The notes beneath the pieces are model-generated. The model worked only from the letters and a program-made list of their open reading frames with translations. It did no database searches and had not been told where the DNA came from. DNA of 64,000 nucleotides from Candidatus Poribacteria bacterium (lineage in GTDB: Bacteria; Poribacteria; WGA-4E; PCPOR2b), in contig OZ244042.1 in NCBI GenBank assembly GCA_965215015.1, positions 1,184,001 to 1,248,000 on the forward strand, given 5' to 3'. Both the position numbers and the translations under genes were made by a program. This document shows positions 59,939 through 64,000 of the stretch, piece after piece. Every line of letters starts with the position of its first letter. The first letter of the stretch is position 1.

Positions 59939-61288
59939 TCATCCTAACCCGGACGGATCGCTAAAAAAGAGGATACAAGCAAGTGCCGGTAACAAAGCAA
60001 GAAGCACCTTGACCTCAAGCAGATAGTTTTGATAGCGTAGGGCGGCCGGATCGCCCCCCTTGAACCGTTCAATAAATTTGATTCGCCGGTCAACCGAAGG
60101 GTGCGTCTGGAATAACTCGAACAGACGTTGGATAGACCGAGGCGTGTAGTTGAGGTATGCGAGTCGAACCAAGGCGAGCTGGAGTGCCTCTGGTTTGCCT
60201 GTCAGTGCAACGGCATACAAATCTGCTTGGTGCTCAAAACGTCTCGACAGGGCGCGGAAAATGATAACAAAATAGAGAGAAATGAAAAAGACCAAACCAA
60301 GTGCTGGTAACAGCGAGGAGGTAGCTAGAACCGACTCTAGGGGCTGCCCAATGTAGATGTAATAGATAGCATAGCTGAGAAAGTAGACAATCAAAAACAT
60401 GAGATAGGTCAAAATATGCTTGTAACGGACATGCCCAAACTCATGTGCCACGATAGCTTCGATTTCATCGTCGGAAAAGTGTTGCAATAAGGCTTCTGTC
60501 AGGAAAATCTGGCGGGACCACGGGGCAATCCCAGCCACAGCCGCATTAGCAACTGACTCTGTTTGCCAAACAACGATGTCTTTGTATTTGATATTGTTTT
60601 GGGCAGCCAATCGGTGGAGTTTGTTCTTTAGATTGACATCCGCCAGCGGGACGGTCCGCCAAATCCAACCCAGTAGCAAAGGTGCGTAGATGTACGCTAA
60701 AAAAATCAGCGATGCCATAAGCGTGATAGGCAGATAGGCGTGATAGGCGAGGAATGGGATGTGTGCAATCAGATCTAGTAAACACAAGTAAACCAATAGC
60801 GGCAATAGTGGTAATAGCAGAAATTTCAGATGGACGCTGAGATACTCTCCCCTTTTCCAGTTAGTTGACGCTACCTGCTGCTCGACTTCATAAAGCGCGA
60901 GACGGATAAGCATCAGACCTGCAATCAAAGGGACAATCCCTGCAAGGTGCTTTGTATAAATTAAGGGCACCCACTCCAACGCGTTGTTGATTAACAGCGG
61001 CAAATTCAACAGGTATACATCGCAGACATAACCGATTAGGAGAAGACATTCAAAGACAATCGCGGACCGTTTGATGAGGTAAAATCGACGGATTCGGGCG
61101 TCCTGATCGGTCGGCAAGGCACGTGTCGCATAAGATCCAAAAAAATAAACAAGTGCCGGCGGTAAGATAGTTATTGCAGCCGTGGCGAGCAGGGTAAGCA
61201 GTTGATTAAATTCTCCAGCTTCTCCCGAGGGTTCAAAGAAAAAAAGAAAAACCAACCCTGCGATTAAAACAATGCTAATCTGGCTCAT
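59939..61288 (-). CDS. M48 family (Ste24/HtpX-like) membrane zinc metalloprotease
   Basis: ANAAVAG, AHEFGH, EHQAD and THP..RI motifs; multiple TM segments. Confidence 0.92.
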   Translation of the reverse strand: MSQISIVLIAGLVFLFFFEPSGEAGEFNQLLTLLATAAITILPPALVYFFGSYATRALPTDQDARIRRFYLIKRSAIVFECLLLIGYVCDVYLLNLPLLINNALEWVPLIYTKHLAGIVPLIAGLMLIRLALYEVEQQVASTNWKRGEYLSVHLKFLLLPLLPLLVYLCLLDLIAHIPFLAYHAYLPITLMASLIFLAYIYAPLLLGWIWRTVPLADVNLKNKLHRLAAQNNIKYKDIVVWQTESVANAAVAGIAPWSRQIFLTEALLQHFSDDEIEAIVAHEFGHVRYKHILTYLMFLIVYFLSYAIYYIYIGQPLESVLATSSLLPALGLVFFISLYFVIIFRALSRRFEHQADLYAVALTGKPEALQLALVRLAYLNYTPRSIQRLFELFQTHPSVDRRIKFIERFKGGDPAALRYQNYLLEVKVLLALLPALACILFFSDPSGLG

Positions 61289-61292
61289 TACT

Positions 61293-61850
61293 CTGACATA
61301 CTCCCACACCCGAAAGAGTGGGACTTCTCGCCCGTTCCTTTCGGGTGTCGAATTGCTCCATCAACGAGATGAGCCATCCAAAGATGGGCTTACAACCTCT
61401 CCTGAGAGGGTGGATGCCCCAACCCTAAAGATATTGACCGCCGCATTGTGGTCTCTATCCAACTGTGTATGGCAGTTTGGACACTGCGTCATTAAACATC
61501 TTTTGGTAAGCTTCAGTACGAGCTGCCACGTCCTGTATGGCTTGGCAGCTGGTTCCAATGTGCAAATCTATCTGTCTTTTTGAATTTAGCTATGTGTTAG
61601 CTATGTGATTGATGAGTCTAAACTTGTGGATAGACTTGCCATATATCGCATAGCAGCGTCGCTGAAGGGCAATACAATGATTCCATACCTCAGTGTGTCC
61701 CTCTATTCGTCTGGTACAACTCACGATTCCCGTGATGGCTATACATCTTGAACTTGTGGGTTTTGATGGGATGCGTCCTTTGTCCTTCATACCCGATTCA
61801 GTGGGTGTGGGGACACCAACGCGCGTTGGTGTCCCCGCGAAGGACAAAGC
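61293..61850 (-). mobile_element. tnpB: Decayed IS605/IS1341-type element: internally deleted, frameshifted tnpB with intact right end
   Basis: N-terminal IKTHKFKMY..VWNHCIALQRR..SQAIQDV joined to C-terminal CPNCHTQLDRDHNAAVNI; right-end hairpin TCCCACTCTTTCGGGTGTGGGAGTATGTCAG; palindrome at 61808-61838. Confidence 0.85.
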
Positions 61851-62056
61851 AAGTATACCCCATTTTGCCTACAATATCAACGTTTTTTAGATGTTAACAC
61901 CATTAGCCAATCTGTATTCCCAGCCTAAAGGATCGGGATACAGATCGGAACATTATAATAATTCCTGACTGGAAGGTAATTGAAACAAATCATTCGTATT
62001 CTATCACAGCGGAGTTTACGCAGTCAAACCAAAACCCAGTGGATGTTAGAAAGCTA

Positions 62057-62085
62057 TTGACAGCGGGCATTGAGTTACTTATAAT
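62057..62085 (+). promoter_or_regulatory. Perfect consensus sigma70 promoter
   Basis: TTGACA-17 bp-TATAAT, 330 bp upstream of the next CDS. Confidence 0.75.
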
Positions 62086-62414
62086 GCAAAAAGTCACAAT
62101 CCGAAGGGGCAACTTCCTAATCGACGAGTCTCCAAATAAATCCATAAATACCAAATAAACCTCGACAGGCCAGTGCAAGATATGTAACTATATCCTTGCT
62201 CCCTAACTGATTGCCGATGCGCCTGATTGACAGGCGAATATCCCTCGTTAGATCAAAGTGGGTGCGGTTATGGACCCTTGCCAAGCGGTTCGGAACGCAA
62301 AAGTAAAATGTAAACAAACGGGTGAGTTTCAAGCTAAACATAGCTCGATGCAAATCGAACACTTTGCACGGATTTGTGCGTGGGTGTTCAGATTGAAAGG
62401 TACAGGCATTAACG

Positions 62415-63254
62415 ATGCACACAACAGTTTCTACCCTGCCAACGGTTTCACTCGGTTCGCATCAGGTGAGCCGACTCATCATCGGTGACAACCCAATCTA
62501 CGGTTATTCGCACTTCAACCGACTCCTTGCTCAACACCAACAAGAGGCACACGCCCCGGATTCGGTGATGACAACGCTGAGACACGCCGAAGCTGTCGGG
62601 ATCAACGCTTGGCAGAACACAATCACGGAGCGTTCTCTCTCCGATCTGCTGCGCTACCGGGAAGAAGGTGGCACGATCCAGTGGCTGTGCCTCAGTACAT
62701 CGCAGTGGTACGATGAGCCGCACCGTATCGCGGAAGTCGCACGGTATAATCCAATCGGTATGGCACCCCATGGCGGCGGAATTGGAGACCGTTGTCTCCG
62801 GGAAAACAGGCTCGATCTGCTCAAAGACATCCTCAAACGAATTCGGGATACCGGCGTTTTGGTCGGGTTATCCGCTCACGACCCTAAACTCATCAGCATC
62901 GCAGAGGACGAGGAGTGGGATATCGATTATTACATGGCTGCCCTCTACAACCTGCGTGGGGGAAGGGAGGAGTTTGAGGAGAAATTTGGTTACTTACCGT
63001 TGGGGGCGATCTACCTCCGTGAGCATCGTCTCAAGATGTGTGAGCAGATCCTGCAAACAGACAAACCGTGTATCGTTTTCAAAGTGCTTGCCGCCGGTCG
63101 GGCGGTTGGATCGAAGGAACAGATCCGAGAAGAGTTTGCGTTTGCGTTGAAAAACATCAAACCCAACGACGCGCTTCTCATCGGCATGTATCAAAAATTC
63201 GGAGACCAGATTGGTGAGAACGCCGCGATGGTCGCTGAAATCTGTCAAGAATGA
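62415..63254 (+). CDS. Hypothetical aldo/keto reductase-like TIM-barrel protein
   Basis: VSRLIIGDNP..GYSH, GLSAHDP and FKVLAAGR motifs. Confidence 0.75.
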   Translation: MHTTVSTLPTVSLGSHQVSRLIIGDNPIYGYSHFNRLLAQHQQEAHAPDSVMTTLRHAEAVGINAWQNTITERSLSDLLRYREEGGTIQWLCLSTSQWYDEPHRIAEVARYNPIGMAPHGGGIGDRCLRENRLDLLKDILKRIRDTGVLVGLSAHDPKLISIAEDEEWDIDYYMAALYNLRGGREEFEEKFGYLPLGAIYLREHRLKMCEQILQTDKPCIVFKVLAAGRAVGSKEQIREEFAFALKNIKPNDALLIGMYQKFGDQIGENAAMVAEICQE

Positions 63255-63469
63255 TTCTTTGTCTGCTAGAGCGTGTTGACATTTATGTAAGGCGTATCCG
63301 TAATTCAGGGCACAACATCGCTGGATGCCGATATGACCCAATCGTAGGGTCGAATTTTCCAAGCCCAACAGGTTGGGGAACCCAACCCTTACGCATTCAA
63401 CAGGTATCCAGACGATTGGTTTACGCATGTGAAACACTCTCGGAACGGAGACGCATTGCATATTATTCC

Positions 63470-64000
63470 TTATCGTGCCATCCAGCCCCCATCGACAGCC
63501 AGAATATGTCCGTGAATATATGAAGCCGCCTCAGATGCAAGGAAAACCGCTGCGCCTGCAATATCATCGGGCATACCAAACCGACCAACCGGTATTCGGT
63601 TCATCAGTTCTGCGACTCGCACCGGATCGTTCAGGAGCGTACTTGCCATGTCGGTTTTGATATATCCCGGCGCAATTGCATTTACGTTAACACCCTTTGG
63701 AGCCCATTCATTGGCGAGTGCTTTCGTCAACTGTGCTACACCGCCTTTGCTCGCAGCATACGCTGATGCCCGAATACCGCCGGAAAAACTCAACAGTGAT
63801 GCGATATTAATAATCTTCCCGCTGCCACGATTAACCATAGTCCGTCCAACCTGTTGAGAAAGCAGCCACACCGCCTTCAAATTAACCCGCACCACATCAT
63901 CCCAGCGTTCCTCCGGAAAATCAACGGCATCATCGCGGTGCGTTGTGCCGGCGTTGTTGACCAGAATATCGATTCGCCCGTAAGATGCGCTCACCGCTGC
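63470..64000 (-). CDS. kduD: SDR, 2-dehydro-3-deoxy-D-gluconate 5-dehydrogenase-like (5' end outside window)
   Basis: DILVNNAG, ASLLSFSGG, YAASK, NAIAPGY and VDGGWMAR motifs. Confidence 0.85.
   Translation of the reverse strand, partial: AAVSASYGRIDILVNNAGTTHRDDAVDFPEERWDDVVRVNLKAVWLLSQQVGRTMVNRGSGKIINIASLLSFSGGIRASAYAASKGGVAQLTKALANEWAPKGVNVNAIAPGYIKTDMASTLLNDPVRVAELMNRIPVGRFGMPDDIAGAAVFLASEAASYIHGHILAVDGGWMAR

Noticed and set aside
59868-59942. N-terminal extension of glnD overlapping the M48 stop codon
   Set aside because: The GGAGG RBS supports the ATG at 59867

Overview
About 50% GC bacterial chromosome window. Repeated PhyH-type dioxygenases, a sulfatase, TPR/NHL/WD40-type repeat proteins and abundant GTAG-type palindromic repeats resemble sponge-symbiont 'Candidatus Poribacteria' (inference only). 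The window opens with the trailer part of a CRISPR array (1 partial + 50 full 30-bp repeats). The array converges on a CARF-wHTH-RelE (Cami1-like) effector, which implies a type III system outside the window. The rest is mostly housekeeping and catabolic genes (cimA, rsmE, def, pheA, tkt, ltaE, hpt, tilS, glnD), four tRNAs and a type IIG R-M enzyme with an AT-rich specificity segment. It also holds several decayed genes and ORF-less IS200/IS605 remnants. The most notable find is missing from the ORF track: an 80-codon DUF5069-like gene (28236-28478, minus strand). It has a perfect RBS, an in-frame UGA at the position I recall as a conserved Cys, and a downstream SECIS-like hairpin, making it a candidate selenoprotein. 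Other leads are an ECF sigma factor paired with a soluble tandem-FHA protein, a RanBP2-type zinc finger fused to a CPBP protease, and orphan omegaRNA-like cassettes. All family calls come from motif recognition by eye; no searches were run.
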